This document shows, in pieces, positions 10,908 through 22,629 of a stretch of 64,000 nt of DNA. The notes under the pieces are model-generated. The model did not search any database, was not told the origin of the DNA, and worked only from the letters and a program-made list of their open reading frames with translations. The DNA comes from Williopsis jadinii. Taxonomy: Eukaryota. The stretch spans positions 4,216,001-4,280,000 of the forward strand of contig AP024664.1 of NCBI GenBank assembly GCA_024346625.1, read 5' to 3'. How positions within the stretch are numbered: position 1 is the first letter of the stretch; every line of letters starts with the position of its first letter. The position numbers and the translations under genes were made by a program.

Positions 10908-12911
10908 TTACTTGCGGCCCTTTGACAACAGATCGCTAATTGTATCTGAGACCTTTGATGATGCTCTGTGTTTATCTCGGCCTAGTGCTGCTGTTGGTTT
11001 AATAGCTGTTGACCTTTGTTGCCTTGTTCTGGTTTGTTTTTTTGGTGGTGATGGAGTATGTAAATCCATTATAACGTCATTATCATCACTGGATAAGATC
11101 ACTTCAATAGGTTCTTCTTCAGCCAGTTGAAAGTCGTCGTCATCGTCGTCGAATTCCTCCTCACTAGAAACCAGTGGTGATGGTGTTTTCTTCTTTCTGC
11201 CACGACGTGTTGTTGTTGGCTTCGATGGTTCACGGATCGACTTCTGTGGTTCTATAAGTTCTTCTAAATCATCTTCTGAAACGATCTCTTTGGACTTGTT
11301 TGATGGTTGTTTCTTTGTGACTGTTCTTGTTGTTCTTGTTGGCCTCTTAGTTGTCTCTGTCTGTGCTGTGATCGGAAGAACAGCTTCAGAATCGAGTGCT
11401 TGGCTCTCTTCTCTTTCCTTCTTGATCTTTTCCATGATCGATTTGAAGTTATCTTCCAAGTCCAAGTTCTCATTCTCCAAGAATCCACGCTCTCCAACCT
11501 CCAGCTCTAAGTTAACGTAATCCTTCAGTGCTGTTTTATCCTCTCTCTCAACAAACTTCTTCACTGCATCATTCATTCCCTTTTCAGGTAACAAAGATAA
11601 TTCCATCTCTCTAAGATAATTGGAGATGAATGTTTCAATGTTTACGTTATCAGCATCAACAGCATCAACTGGTCTATCCTGTGCCTTTGACTTTGTTGAA
11701 GTTCTGGCCTCTGCTCTCTTGTGGAATTGAACTACGCTGTTGGCATTGGCGACTCGTCCAACAAACCTGTTGCTAAATCTTCTTGGATTCTCCACTTCAT
11801 AACCACCAGAGTAATCAACACGAAGTCTGATGAGAGGCAGTGGCATCGTTTCATCGTCCCCCTCATAGTCTTCTTGTGCTTTGGATATGAGTGTTTCAAC
11901 CTGTTGTATGAGGTATCTTGTAACATCTTGTCTATACGCTGCACCTGGCTTCAACTTCGGGACTTGTTGCAATTCAACCTCCAGCATTTGAAACGGTCTC
12001 ACTGTTTTCAGCTTGAAGCTCTCTAGACTGTAGTCCTGATGGTGTATGTTAAGGATAAACACTTTCTTTTCGAGGGCTTCCCCTTCGCTTAGCGATGTTG
12101 CAACAGAAGAACCTGGTTGCAATGTTTCAAACCCAGCATTTGGATTTGACGTTGTATGAGGAATACACTCATGCTCATGGCCCCATATTACAAGATCAAG
12201 GAACGATGGCAGGAAATGCTCCGGTAAATAAGCAGTTCTGGGTCTTCGTATATGGTTTTGGTGTACACACATGAGGTTAAACCACTCATCAACTAAGACG
12301 TTTGGCCTTCTAAACTTTACTTTCTTTTCTTGGAAAGACTTGAAGAGCCTTTCATCCCTAACAGATGCCAGTCCATAGAGAGCCAATTTAGTATCTCCCT
12401 TTTGCAACAGAATAGGTGTAACGTCAATGTGATCATTTTGTATCACTCTGCCGAAGTGGTTAACCAGTCCAGACACGTTCAGAAGATCCAGGGGAGATAA
12501 TAGACCAGATCCGGAGGCATCATCATGATTACCCGATATAGCAAATACAGGGAGACTGATGTTCAGATTGGGATCCTCATAATTGACACTATTGATACCA
12601 TCGTCAAACACCGTTGAAGGGTCGCTCAGCATCTCCAACTCACAAGGTCTATCACCAAAACACGTTCTCCTGAGTGTTCTCATCACATGGTACATGGACT
12701 TCTTCGAGGGCTTATTCACATGAAACAGATCACCACACTGAAGAACGAAGTCAACGTCTTCGTCCCTCGCAATAGTCATGATCTCTTCGAATGTCTTCCA
12801 GGCATCATCGCCTCTAACTGGATCTGATTCGCTATATCCAACATGGTTATCCGTCGTTATCAGAACGCGGATTGTATCAGGCCCAGGATCGATAGACTGA
12901 AGCTGTGGCAT
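10908..12911 (-). CDS. MRE11: Mre11 nuclease
   Basis: Phosphoesterase motifs TDNHVG, GDLFH, GNHDD, HQN, GHEH. First ATG (MPQLQSI) at 12911. Confidence 0.97.
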   Translation of the reverse strand: MPQLQSIDPGPDTIRVLITTDNHVGYSESDPVRGDDAWKTFEEIMTIARDEDVDFVLQCGDLFHVNKPSKKSMYHVMRTLRRTCFGDRPCELEMLSDPSTVFDDGINSVNYEDPNLNISLPVFAISGNHDDASGSGLLSPLDLLNVSGLVNHFGRVIQNDHIDVTPILLQKGDTKLALYGLASVRDERLFKSFQEKKVKFRRPNVLVDEWFNLMCVHQNHIRRPRTAYLPEHFLPSFLDLVIWGHEHECIPHTTSNPNAGFETLQPGSSVATSLSEGEALEKKVFILNIHHQDYSLESFKLKTVRPFQMLEVELQQVPKLKPGAAYRQDVTRYLIQQVETLISKAQEDYEGDDETMPLPLIRLRVDYSGGYEVENPRRFSNRFVGRVANANSVVQFHKRAEARTSTKSKAQDRPVDAVDADNVNIETFISNYLREMELSLLPEKGMNDAVKKFVEREDKTALKDYVNLELEVGERGFLENENLDLEDNFKSIMEKIKKEREESQALDSEAVLPITAQTETTKRPTRTTRTVTKKQPSNKSKEIVSEDDLEELIEPQKSIREPSKPTTTRRGRKKKTPSPLVSSEEEFDDDDDDFQLAEEEPIEVILSSDDNDVIMDLHTPSPPKKQTRTRQQRSTAIKPTAALGRDKHRASSKVSDTISDLLSKGRK

Positions 12912-13255
12912 CCTATCACTCCACCCAACCAAATACGAAACAGACAGAGATGAGCTTTCCCCAGGTAGCAATTTCAATGTTGAGCTACATCTCCATATGT
13001 AAAACCCGATGATGTATATGCTGAGGTGTCCGGATGTTACATTATGTAATTATATCACGTGTTGCGACACGTGATCTTTGGATAACATCCAGACACCTCA
13101 AAAAGTTCATTGTCGGCTCCCCGCGCCCGTCCACAAAGGGAAATAAGAAAAAAACAGTTGCGAGACGTTCATCAGAAGGCCCGAAAAGGGTGGACGTAGT
13201 TCGTTTCATCAACTTATAAAGCGCCAGAAGAGGAAGCCACACAAGCGAATTCGTC

Positions 13256-14269
13256 ATGAGCGAGCGTGATAATGATGGGTTGCACGTTTCAAGGGTATAT
13301 GCCAATGCCAATGAGCTAAAAGGGAACGAATGGTGGGACTATGAAGGGACTGCGATTCGTTGGGAATCACAAGATGGGTATGAAATTGTGAAGAAAGTGG
13401 GCCGTGGTAAATATAGCGAAGTGTTTGAAGGTGTTTCGATTGACCGGAAGGAGACTGTTGTCATCAAGGTGCTGAAACCTGTTAAGCGTAAGAAGATCAA
13501 AAGAGAGATCAAGATACTTGAGAACTTGAGTGGGGGTCCCAACATCATTGAGCTGTTGGCGATTGTACGTGAGCCGATCTCAAAGACACCGGCGTTGGTG
13601 TTTGAGTACGTCAACAATACCGATTTCAGAACGCTGTATCCAAAGCTCACGGACTATGACATCAGATATTACATGTACGATTTGCTTGTTGCGTTGGATT
13701 TCTGCCATTCTGTCGGTATAATGCACCGTGATGTTAAACCGCACAACATCATGATTGACCATGAAAAGCGTAAGTTGAGACTCATCGACTGGGGTCTGGC
13801 GGAGTTTTACCACCCTGGTGTCGATTATAACGTGCGTGTTGCCTCGAGGTACTTCAAAGGTCCAGAATTGCTCGTTAACTATAAGTACTATGACTATTCC
13901 TTGGACCTCTGGTCATTTGGTGCAACGTTGGCAAGTATCATCTTCAAGAGGGAGCCTTTCTTCCATGGAAAGTCCAATACGGATCAGCTCGTCCAGATAG
14001 TGCGTGTACTAGGTACAGATGAGCTATTTGCATACCTGGATAAGTATAAGATTCAACTTGGACCAGAATACGAAGATTTGGGACAGTACACGAGGCGTCC
14101 ATGGAGTCGTTTCATCAACGAAGAAAACATGGAACTCGCGTCGCAAAGGGATGCTGTGGATATCATCGACAAAGTGCTGAGATATGACCATAAGGATCGT
14201 CTCACTGCGAGAGAGGCTTTGGACCATAGCTATTTCGACATGGTTAGAAACGACAAGCAAAAGAACTGA
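13256..14269 (+). CDS. CKA1: Casein kinase II catalytic alpha subunit
   Basis: [36 protein letters not shown]. Cka1-type residues ([18 protein letters not shown]) and position near CST6/PRM2/NOT3. Confidence 0.92.
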   Translation: MSERDNDGLHVSRVYANANELKGNEWWDYEGTAIRWESQDGYEIVKKVGRGKYSEVFEGVSIDRKETVVIKVLKPVKRKKIKREIKILENLSGGPNIIELLAIVREPISKTPALVFEYVNNTDFRTLYPKLTDYDIRYYMYDLLVALDFCHSVGIMHRDVKPHNIMIDHEKRKLRLIDWGLAEFYHPGVDYNVRVASRYFKGPELLVNYKYYDYSLDLWSFGATLASIIFKREPFFHGKSNTDQLVQIVRVLGTDELFAYLDKYKIQLGPEYEDLGQYTRRPWSRFINEENMELASQRDAVDIIDKVLRYDHKDRLTAREALDHSYFDMVRNDKQKN

Positions 14270-14336
14270 GCCAAAACACTAAACTGGGTATAGCTCTTGT
14301 ATACAGACTATGGCGGGGAGCTCACCATTCTTACTC

Positions 14337-14972
14337 TTAGCAACGAAGCGTATGTACAATAATAAGACAACTTTTTATGAAGAGTGTACTCTTATGAGTC
14401 AACTGAAGGATCCTATCCAATGAAGACAGTTCTTTGCACATGTTGTAGTTGTTCTCATGGTTGCCGATCTGTGGGAAGTGGTGCTGGTTTGCTCTGTAGA
14501 GGGTCAAGAAGGCATTGTTTCCTCGTGAAGTTGGCAGTTGATGGGCGACGATGAAGGTGTTCAACACACTTGAGACGACCTTGGTGAAGAGCTCAACATC
14601 ATTGTGGAAGAGCTCTTCGACCAACGGGATTGGAAGGCCCTTCATCGTAAGAACAAAACACCATGCCTCCTTCTCTTGGGATGTCAACGACTCAACTTGC
14701 TGGTGAACTTTTGCAAAGCAAATGTCAGTGCCTGATACGCCTTCATCACCGCCTTCAAGGGCTCCAAGAATGGCATCAAGGGACCGTTTTTGAAACAACT
14801 CGCTGACCGAACGTAACTTCAACGAGTTCTTCAACTTGATAAGTGCAATCGCCTATACACGCCGTTAGTAACTACGGACAAACAAGTCACAGAGAATGAG
14901 ACGATACAGGAAGCAAATAACATAAATAACACCGCAAGGCAAAATACCACTCACAAGAACTAAATCATCCAT
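14337..14972 (-). CDS. MEI4: Spliced Mei4-like meiotic double-strand-break protein, 177 aa (exon 1 14972-14955, intron 14954-14853, exon 2 14852-14337)
   Basis: Intron with GTGAGT donor, TACTAAC branch point (14870-14864) and TAG acceptor joins in frame to give MDDLVL|AIALIKLKNS, resembling the Mei4 N-terminal helix. Adjacent to CST6/ACA1, as MEI4 is to ACA1 in S. cerevisiae. Confidence 0.72.
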
Positions 14973-15148
14973 CTTTATACACCTTACCACCCTCTTTTGT
15001 CTCACTGGTCCTTTTAACACTTAAGCGCCCTTGAGAAATCTGTGTTTCCGTTGTTGTAGTCAACGTTCTGTTCGCTTTGTTGTTGATGTTGGAAGGTTTG
15101 TTTACATTTTGTTTGTTTACATCAACAAATTACACAAAATGGCTTCCA

Positions 15149-16111
15149 TCAACACAAATCCAAAATGTTCGAAAGGCCTTCTCTTTCTGCCAGCTCACGA
15201 ATAGCAGCCAACTTCGCACGGAGATCCTCGTTTTCATTGGTTAAATCTTCCAGCTCCTTGGCATACTTCTCAACGTTCTCCTTTAGTTGGTTCTGCGCAG
15301 CTTTCTTTCTCTGTCGACATTTGGATGCTGCTATTCTGTTACGTTCCAGTAGTCTTGCCTTCTTCCAAGCGGCAGTGCCGGGGATTGGGCCATCCTCCGG
15401 ATTGAATATCACCTCGTTGTTGTACATCAGCTTTGTCATAGGGACCCCCTCAGCGTTAGTTGTGATAGGAAGCTGCTGCTGGGGCTGCTGCTGTTGGGAA
15501 TGTTGTTGGGAGTGTTGTGCTTGTGCTGGGGTCTGTGTTTGCTGGCGGATTTGTTGCACAACCTGGGGTTGTGAGCGTGTAGACTGTGTTAGCGGTGAAA
15601 CTGGGAGTGACTGTCCTTGAGGTATCACTTGTTGTTGGACGGGGAGCCGTTGCTGCTGCTGTTGCAAAAGCACCTGCTGAGGAATCTGCTGCTGTAAAGG
15701 CAAGCGTACAGATGGTACAACCTGAGCCTGGCCACCTTGAAGCACTTGCATCTGTGATGGGACCCTACTTTGCTGCTCCACCGCCAGGGTATTGCTTTCA
15801 AAGCCAACGTCATCCTGAGACTTTACAGTGGAATCGCTAAAGCCATCATCAGCGTGATCGATAATCTGACCAATTTGCCCATTCGATATGGAGATACGAC
15901 GACGTGGTTGGCCTTGCCCGTTCATCATCATGGCACTCTCAAAGATCGGTGGGTTCGTCAAGGGGAAATGTGAGACATCAATGCCATACGGAGCAAAATA
16001 AGGTGAAAGCATATCGTTAAAGTAAGCATGGTTGGGCCCTCCAGTGGTTCCGAGAACTGCGCCTTCAGAATCAACATAGGCCTGCTCTTGTTTCCCAGTT
16101 TGCATGTTCAT
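15149..16111 (-). CDS. CST6: ATF/CREB-family bZIP transcription factor (Cst6/Aca1)
   Basis: PLTNPPIFES, RRRISISNGQIGQI, PGTAAWKKARLLERNRIAASKCRQRKK plus leucine zipper. First ATG at 16111. Confidence 0.92.
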   Translation of the reverse strand: MNMQTGKQEQAYVDSEGAVLGTTGGPNHAYFNDMLSPYFAPYGIDVSHFPLTNPPIFESAMMMNGQGQPRRRISISNGQIGQIIDHADDGFSDSTVKSQDDVGFESNTLAVEQQSRVPSQMQVLQGGQAQVVPSVRLPLQQQIPQQVLLQQQQQRLPVQQQVIPQGQSLPVSPLTQSTRSQPQVVQQIRQQTQTPAQAQHSQQHSQQQQPQQQLPITTNAEGVPMTKLMYNNEVIFNPEDGPIPGTAAWKKARLLERNRIAASKCRQRKKAAQNQLKENVEKYAKELEDLTNENEDLRAKLAAIRELAEREGLSNILDLC

Positions 16112-17570
16112 CTTCAAAATGGTGGCTATCTTCTTCCTATAATGATACTACTGCCTTTGATCGTGTTACTTGACGTTGTTCCTGGTGGCTCTTCCCTTCC
16201 TCCTGCTATTCCCTTCCTCCTGCTCTTCTTTACCACTTTTTCCTCTCTCTCTCTTTCCTTGTGGGGGTATTAACAATGGTGTTGTTGATACCGAGTTCTA
16301 CTGCCTTTGTCTCCCTTCTTTTTTTTCCAATCCTGCCCAGCCATGGGACGAAAAACTTTTTGCCGGCCTACAACTTCCTGCCTGGATTTCCTGACGTGAG
16401 AACTGCAGGGTCGTGCGCTTGTGTCGACTATTCGAAAGCAAAGCCTGGACCCAAAACTGTGCCTACATAGCCATGGTGTTTTAACCACGTTTGCTTAGTT
16501 CGGTTAGGCCATTTGGCCACTGCTGCTTGGGATACATTGGATGGGCTGTGTTTGTTTTTTGGTTCACATTGAGATGAACTTGGTGTGTTGTTGTGTGTGC
16601 TTTGCGGCATTGGAAGAACATGGGCAAGCTGTTTCCACTCACCTGTGGGAAATAGTGCGATCGGGTCATACTCATGCAAAGAAGAACACACGGGACACAT
16701 CGCAACATTGAGTTGTTACGGGACGTTCAAAGTGGGACCGGGAGGAAGTTTAGAACTCCGTAAGCCACGGCGAACAGCGAAACTTCATTGTGCTAAATCA
16801 TGTGATATGCGCATAGCAAACAAGAACTGGTGTATACGCTGATGCGTCAACGGTTAAGAAGAACAAGTGCGGAAGCAACCATGTGGGAAAACCAACCACT
16901 GCTCTGAAACTAAGCTGTCTCCTCTTCGTTACAGCTGTTACATCTTTGTTCGATCGAATCACCGACAATGCATGATGGCCCTAAAGTGTACATGAGGAGA
17001 AGCCCGACATGGGTAAGTTTAGACGAAGAATCTACGTTGAATGGTTGATCAGTGATGACAGCACCGGGGGTACAGGTGATATACTTCTGTGGGTTGTTTA
17101 AAAATGGAAATTCCTCTCTATTCACGATGAGTTTGTTCTCCCGGGTGGTTCGGGACCCACACACCACTTGATGCTTTAAGTCTTTAAGAGCTGCTCCAAA
17201 GATTCATCATACTAAGTTATACAAGTTATAGAAGAGTAACTCAAAACGGGGCAGGATTGGTTTGATCAGCTGGACATTAAAACAGCTACATCATCAATGT
17301 CTAGCTAAGGCATTGGCCCTGAGGTAATGGCTCAGAATCATCAGCACAGGCATTGTTGAGATTGTTTGATATGAGTGCCATTACGCTCAAACATTGAATA
17401 GTTAGGTAGCATTGCTACTCGTTTCTTTGATCTGTTTCCAGGTAGTGGCCGCTACTGACAGGTGGGTACTCACTGGTTAAGGGGTGTGTTGCTATCCATC
17501 ACGTGAGACTTGGTCATATATCACGTGACTGGAACTCTCTCACCCTTCAATATCATCGGACTATAATCAC

Positions 17571-17723
17571 TGAAACAATACTTATTGTTGTATTGATGGT
17601 CTGCTACTGTTCTTCTTGCCACTACTTATGGTCATTGTTACATATTTACAGCCCCTGGTATAAACGTGTGGCGTACAATCATGGTTTGGTAAGATGTGCC
17701 TTATTTGAGACGCACATGAAACA
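17571..17723 (+). promoter_or_regulatory. Pheromone response elements (Ste12 sites) upstream of PRM2
   Basis: TGAAACA at 17571-17577 and 17717-17723, plus a TGAGACG variant at 17706-17712. Confidence 0.6.
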
Positions 17724-17907
17724 ACTATGCCAGTGATACAAAAGCTAAACAACAGCTTGTGCTTTACCAAACAGCTTCGTACGATACACCGGTAGTATGG
17801 TTCCATTGCTGAATAGTGTGGTATTGGTGTGCTTGGTATATATAGCCGGAAGTGTAGGACATGTGTTCTTTCTCATGACTTGAGGGTTGAACTACAGCCA
17901 TGGCCTC

Positions 17908-19482
17908 ATGACGTACAAATCATCGCAACATTTCCACAATTCATTGAGATCCACCCTTGTTCAGGCAATTGCATCACCGTATATCATTGTCTCCGTTATT
18001 CTACTTTTTGTCATTGTATTGTATAGAGACTCGCTTAAAATCCTCGATGATCCTAGAAGTTATACCAACACCTCAGTGACTTTTAACAATGATGACCCTT
18101 TTGACTGGAATGGACTGGTACAGAGAGCCCGGGATGATGAGCTTACAATATATGAATCTTGGATTCAATCACAAAGAAGTTCAATAAGGTCATATTTTGA
18201 AGAGTGGCATAGCTATACTACACGCTCGATAAACGCCTCCTTGTCATTAGCGATGGATTCAGAGACGAAGCAGATGGATTATGTTGATATGATTAAAGAC
18301 CTGGTACAATCATTAAACAACCAGGTCATCAATGAATTGAACAATGCTTCTTCGCAGTTACAAAATATCGAAGATTCCCTAACCACAACTTTAACAGTGG
18401 GGAATACTATCGACATTGAATCTGTTGATTTGAATGTGGATGGGATTCAACAGAGCTTTTCAGGAATCTTGAGTAAACTTCAGGCTGATCGTGATGATGA
18501 ACTACAACAATTGTATCAATCGCGGGAAGATCTATTTGATAGCATAGAATCCCTATTTGAGAACTCGTTGAACGCCCTTAAAGCGTATTCTGTGAATGCT
18601 TCAAATGCTTCGAACGATAATTATGATGGTGATATAACCATGGATGAAATTGACATTAGTTTCCACAACGTGACTGCTTCGACCGAGAATAATGATGATG
18701 GAGACAACATATCGTCTTTGAACACCACACTTATCGTACTTGGAGTTTGTGTGGTGGCTGTATATTTCATGCTTTTGTTGTTCCACCATAAGCATTTTCA
18801 ATACTCCTCAAGATCTAGAACCGATGAGCTAATGGAGATATGCGATAAGAAGTCCAATTGGGACTTCTTTATCTCGATTTATAAATTGAAGGATCCGTTC
18901 ATTACAATAACGACAGATTTGACAGTGCAATTCATCCATTGTGATTGATTCAAATTATACTGGATTGAAGAGTATATTGTCATGAATTTGCCATTCATGC
19001 TTTTCACTATGGGCTGGATCTGTATCTTGATACTTACAGTGAGCAACACAAGGAACACCAGCATGTCATCATACCCAAGCCTGATTCAATACGAATATGA
19101 AATCACCATCCCAGGTATCGAGTATGAACCACTATCGATGTCTTCGATTGAATCCTACTATGGCTTCGTTAACGAATTGGGTGAAGACTTAGAGTCGGGG
19201 CTGGGCAACCTATTTGAAGAGTACAATATCCAGATATTAGGACTACAACCTATAGCCTGGTCCAATATATCTATTCATTCAGAGTCCTTACCCTCATGGA
19301 GCGTTGACGATACCACTATGGATCTAAATGTCGTCGTGGAAGACACCAAATCTACACACGAATCAATCACCCTGAGGTTCAAAAACGTGGTCACCAGTAC
19401 ATTCCAGCTCGTTCTGATAGTATTCGGATCCATTTCACTGGCAATTGTTGTCTTTGGAGTGGTTTATTCCTTCATTGTATAG
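17908..19482 (+). pseudogene. PRM2: Pheromone-regulated membrane protein Prm2-like, interrupted by one in-frame TGA at 18946-18948
   Basis: ORFs 17887-18948 and 18982-19482 share one frame separated by a single stop. Joined: about 524 codons with four hydrophobic segments and coiled-coil, N-glycosylation-site-rich loops. Lies between CST6 and NOT3 as PRM2 does. Confidence 0.72.
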
Positions 19483-19609
19483 ATTGATATGGAATTGCGC
19501 AAAAACAATAGAGAAGAAACACATAGTTTGTCTCCTTTGGGAAAGTCACTCTTACTTCTTTCGTTTTCCTGTTGTATTTTCCCGTTTCAGAAGAATACAT
19601 TTCACGCAC

Positions 19610-19625
19610 TTCCCTAATTAGGAAG
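19610..19625. promoter_or_regulatory. Palindromic Mcm1 site upstream of NOT3
   Basis: TTCCCTAATTAGGAAG with perfect core CCTAATTAGG (19613-19622). Confidence 0.55.
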
Positions 19626-19989
19626 TTGCGCAATTATTGGCGGAACTCGGTCAAAATTTTTCGTTGATGGGAATTAATACTCTCTCGAAGCTTTTTTTTG
19701 ACTCTTTTCTGTTAATCCTTCCCTTTCGTTAATTGATTCCGGTGATCCCCATAAGGAGTTGAAAGTTGCTATAGCAGTGTCCAATTGAAAGGTTCCATTA
19801 GTCCAAACTGAGAGATACGACCTATAATTTGTTCTCCGCTTGCTCATCACCTGAAAAGTACCCGAGAAGCATCACATCGTCGACGATTACATCATATACC
19901 TGAATCTGCTATTACTCACAACAACTGTTCATTTAATGGTGATAATATAAGATACGACACACACAGAGAGAGTGCGAGAGAGTTACATA

Positions 19990-21798
19990 ATGGCGCATCG
20001 TAAGCTACAACAAGAGATTGACAAGGTGTTCAAGAAGATCAACGAAGGTCTGGACATATTCAACACTTACCATGAACGTCATGAGAATGCACCTAACGCA
20101 TCTGTCAAGGAGAAGCTGGAAAACGATCTGAAACGAGAAGTGAAGAAGTTACAAAAGCTTAGAGAACAGATAAAGGTATGGCAAGCTCAGAGCGAAGTGA
20201 AGGACAAGGAGAAGCTGCTGGAGTACCGAAGGGCTGTTGAAGTGGCCATGGAGAAGTACAAAGTTGTTGAGAAGGGCTCAAAGGTGAAAGCTTACTCGAA
20301 TATGAGTCTGAAAGCTGCTGGTGAGCTGGACCCTGAGGAGCAGGAGAAGGTTGATACGATTCAATTCCTACAGGATTCGATAGATGAGTTGGAACATCAA
20401 TACGAAACCGTTGACGTTGAGATTGAAAAGCTCAGTGGTAAGAAGTCCAAGAAGAGTAATAACAATGCGCAGAAGGAGGAGCTGAAGGAGCTCCAGCAGC
20501 GATACAGATGGCATCAGCAGCAGCTGGAGTTGGCTCTGAGACTGCTGGAGAATGGTGAGCTACAAGTGAGCGATATTCAGGACATTAAGGAGGAAGTTGA
20601 ATACTTTGTTCAAAATAACAGAAGTGACGATTTCGTTGAGAATGAGTACCTCTATGAATCCTTGGATTTGGAATCTAATGAGGTGTTACAACATGAAGTT
20701 GTAACGAGCTTTAACGGTGTCGTTGATCATGAAAAGGAAAAGACTCCACCTGCACCACAATTGAAGGAGAAGAGCCCCGAGAAGAAGTCACTGCCGTCCT
20801 TGTCTACAAGCAATTCAACAGCAAGTCAGCCGACGATACCAAGTGCCTCGACGAATAGCAATAATAGCAGTAGTAGCTTAACGTCAAATGGTACACCAAA
20901 GGTCAAGAAAGTGTTACAGGCTCAAAGCTCTTTACCCTCTCCAACGGTGCAGAGTACGTTCTCAAATCCTCTGTTGAACACGTTAAAACCAGCAGCTGTG
21001 CCAAAACAGGAGCTGAAATGGTCATCATTGGTTGCACATATGAAAGAAGACGATGCGAAGAAGTTGGGAGGCTCACCTGTTGTTTCTCATGTTAAACTGG
21101 AAGCTGATAAATCTGTGGAACCTGTTCATTCTGTTCAGCCTGTATTAGAACCACAAGTTGTACAACAGCAACAGCAGCAACAACAACAACAGCAACAGCA
21201 ACAACAACAGCAACAGCAACAACAACAGCAACAGCTGGAAAGACGAGTGTCAAAGGTAATTGATGATTCCTTATATAAGGCAGATGCTACGTTAATGCAT
21301 CTACCACCGGGAATTCAGGACATCATTGGATCCTTTTACTCGACTAGAAATTTGGTCGACAACGTTCTCTATTCAAGTTCAAGTCTATTAACAATACCTC
21401 GTGATTATCTGATCACTCAAGTTCCACCAAACCAGGATGCTTCAGTGGAGTACAACAGATCTGCAAACGTCTGGCTGCTAGTACGCCGTCAGATCTTACT
21501 CAAACATGAGAACTTGGGCTCGATAATGGGTGGTTTAGAGACTAGCACGTTATTCTATGCTTTCTACTTCAGCATGACACCATTTGAGTCGAATTTGGCA
21601 GAACTTGAGCTTATAAAGAGACAATGGAGACCGAATCTTTCAAAGTCCAAATGGTTCCAAAGATCAGGTAACAGTAGCCAGTTCAAGCAGGGCTCAGGGT
21701 TTGAAATCGGTAACTACAAGATGTTTGATGCCTTCTCTTGGACTGTTGAAGCTTTGATCAACCATAACTTGGATTACAGCACGCTGAGTCTGACCTGA
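19990..21798 (+). CDS. NOT3: CCR4-NOT complex subunit Not3
   Basis: MAHRKLQQEIDKVFKKINEGL N-terminus, C-terminal NOT-box-like TLFYAFY, poly-Gln tract at ~21162-21234. Confidence 0.93.
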   Translation: MAHRKLQQEIDKVFKKINEGLDIFNTYHERHENAPNASVKEKLENDLKREVKKLQKLREQIKVWQAQSEVKDKEKLLEYRRAVEVAMEKYKVVEKGSKVKAYSNMSLKAAGELDPEEQEKVDTIQFLQDSIDELEHQYETVDVEIEKLSGKKSKKSNNNAQKEELKELQQRYRWHQQQLELALRLLENGELQVSDIQDIKEEVEYFVQNNRSDDFVENEYLYESLDLESNEVLQHEVVTSFNGVVDHEKEKTPPAPQLKEKSPEKKSLPSLSTSNSTASQPTIPSASTNSNNSSSSLTSNGTPKVKKVLQAQSSLPSPTVQSTFSNPLLNTLKPAAVPKQELKWSSLVAHMKEDDAKKLGGSPVVSHVKLEADKSVEPVHSVQPVLEPQVVQQQQQQQQQQQQQQQQQQQQQQQQLERRVSKVIDDSLYKADATLMHLPPGIQDIIGSFYSTRNLVDNVLYSSSSLLTIPRDYLITQVPPNQDASVEYNRSANVWLLVRRQILLKHENLGSIMGGLETSTLFYAFYFSMTPFESNLAELELIKRQWRPNLSKSKWFQRSGNSSQFKQGSGFEIGNYKMFDAFSWTVEALINHNLDYSTLSLT

Positions 21799-21965
21799 TA
21801 GGCTATCCTGTTTCATTGATTGGCTCTTTGTATCATGTCTTTTCTTATTCTTCTTTTTACACGCTTTTTTTAAACCACTTGACCTATTTGTTTGAACAAT
21901 TGTATATGCAAATTCCTTTATTCGTTGCCATTAGTAGCTATTATCAATTAATTGCGTGATATATT

Positions 21966-22481
21966 CTAGAGAGAGGGTCTTTCCCGTAGTCTCATCCATA
22001 CTCTTCTCCTTACGCATCCTAAGAACGTTCGGCCTCTCCATGCCTTACTGTTGAAATTCCAAGCATACTTCCACCCTTGGTCGTCCACGTCTCCAATCAT
22101 TGTCACATGCCACTTATCCCATATCCAGTGCCACTGTTCAGTTGGTAAAGGGTATAGCACCAGTCCATGGACTTGGACGTTCTTGGGAGTTACATACTGT
22201 GGAGGATCCCATGGGAAGAACTTTGGAGCAAACAACGGGAACCCGAACAGCGTAAGACCACGTTGGTTCTCAATTATGAGCTCGTAGTCTATATCCACGG
22301 GGATGTCCTGTTTATCCAGATGATGTTCAACGCTAGACTCTATTAACTTCTCCAAGGGTGAAGTATCTAATATTAGTTTGTATAGAATTGCACACTCGTC
22401 TCTGGGGTACTTCTTCTCTGGCTTCTGCAATGATGAGTGTATCACCTCTACCGAAGAATCGTTATCTTCTAGAATGATCAT
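21966..22481 (-). CDS. SPO73: Dysferlin-domain prospore membrane protein Spo73
   Basis: IIENQRG, WHW.WDKW, DVDDQGWKY, VRRRVWMR motifs; near CST6/ACA1. Confidence 0.88.
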   Translation of the reverse strand: MIILEDNDSSVEVIHSSLQKPEKKYPRDECAILYKLILDTSPLEKLIESSVEHHLDKQDIPVDIDYELIIENQRGLTLFGFPLFAPKFFPWDPPQYVTPKNVQVHGLVLYPLPTEQWHWIWDKWHVTMIGDVDDQGWKYAWNFNSKAWRGRTFLGCVRRRVWMRLRERPSL

Positions 22482-22572
22482 ATAGGCCTTCCGATTGTGG
22501 ATTTGGTTGTTTGAGAGGTTTGGTGAGAAGTGGAAAGCAGCAAGAGCCCGTTGCTTATACTGGGACTAGTCT

Positions 22573-22629
22573 GCTTATGTAATCATGTGCTTTTCGCTTA
22601 TGTAATCGTGTACTTTATGCCTATGTAAT
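22573..22629. repeat. Degenerate 23-bp tandem repeat (about 2.5 copies), each with a (T/C)TATGTAA core
   Basis: GCTTATGTAATCATGTGCTTTTC / GCTTATGTAATCGTGTACTTTAT / GCCTATGTAAT. Confidence 0.7.

Noticed and set aside
21162..21234. Poly-Gln CAA/CAG tracts in NOT3 (also CCR4, CST6, RLF2)
   Set aside because: Ordinary low-complexity regions in these proteins.
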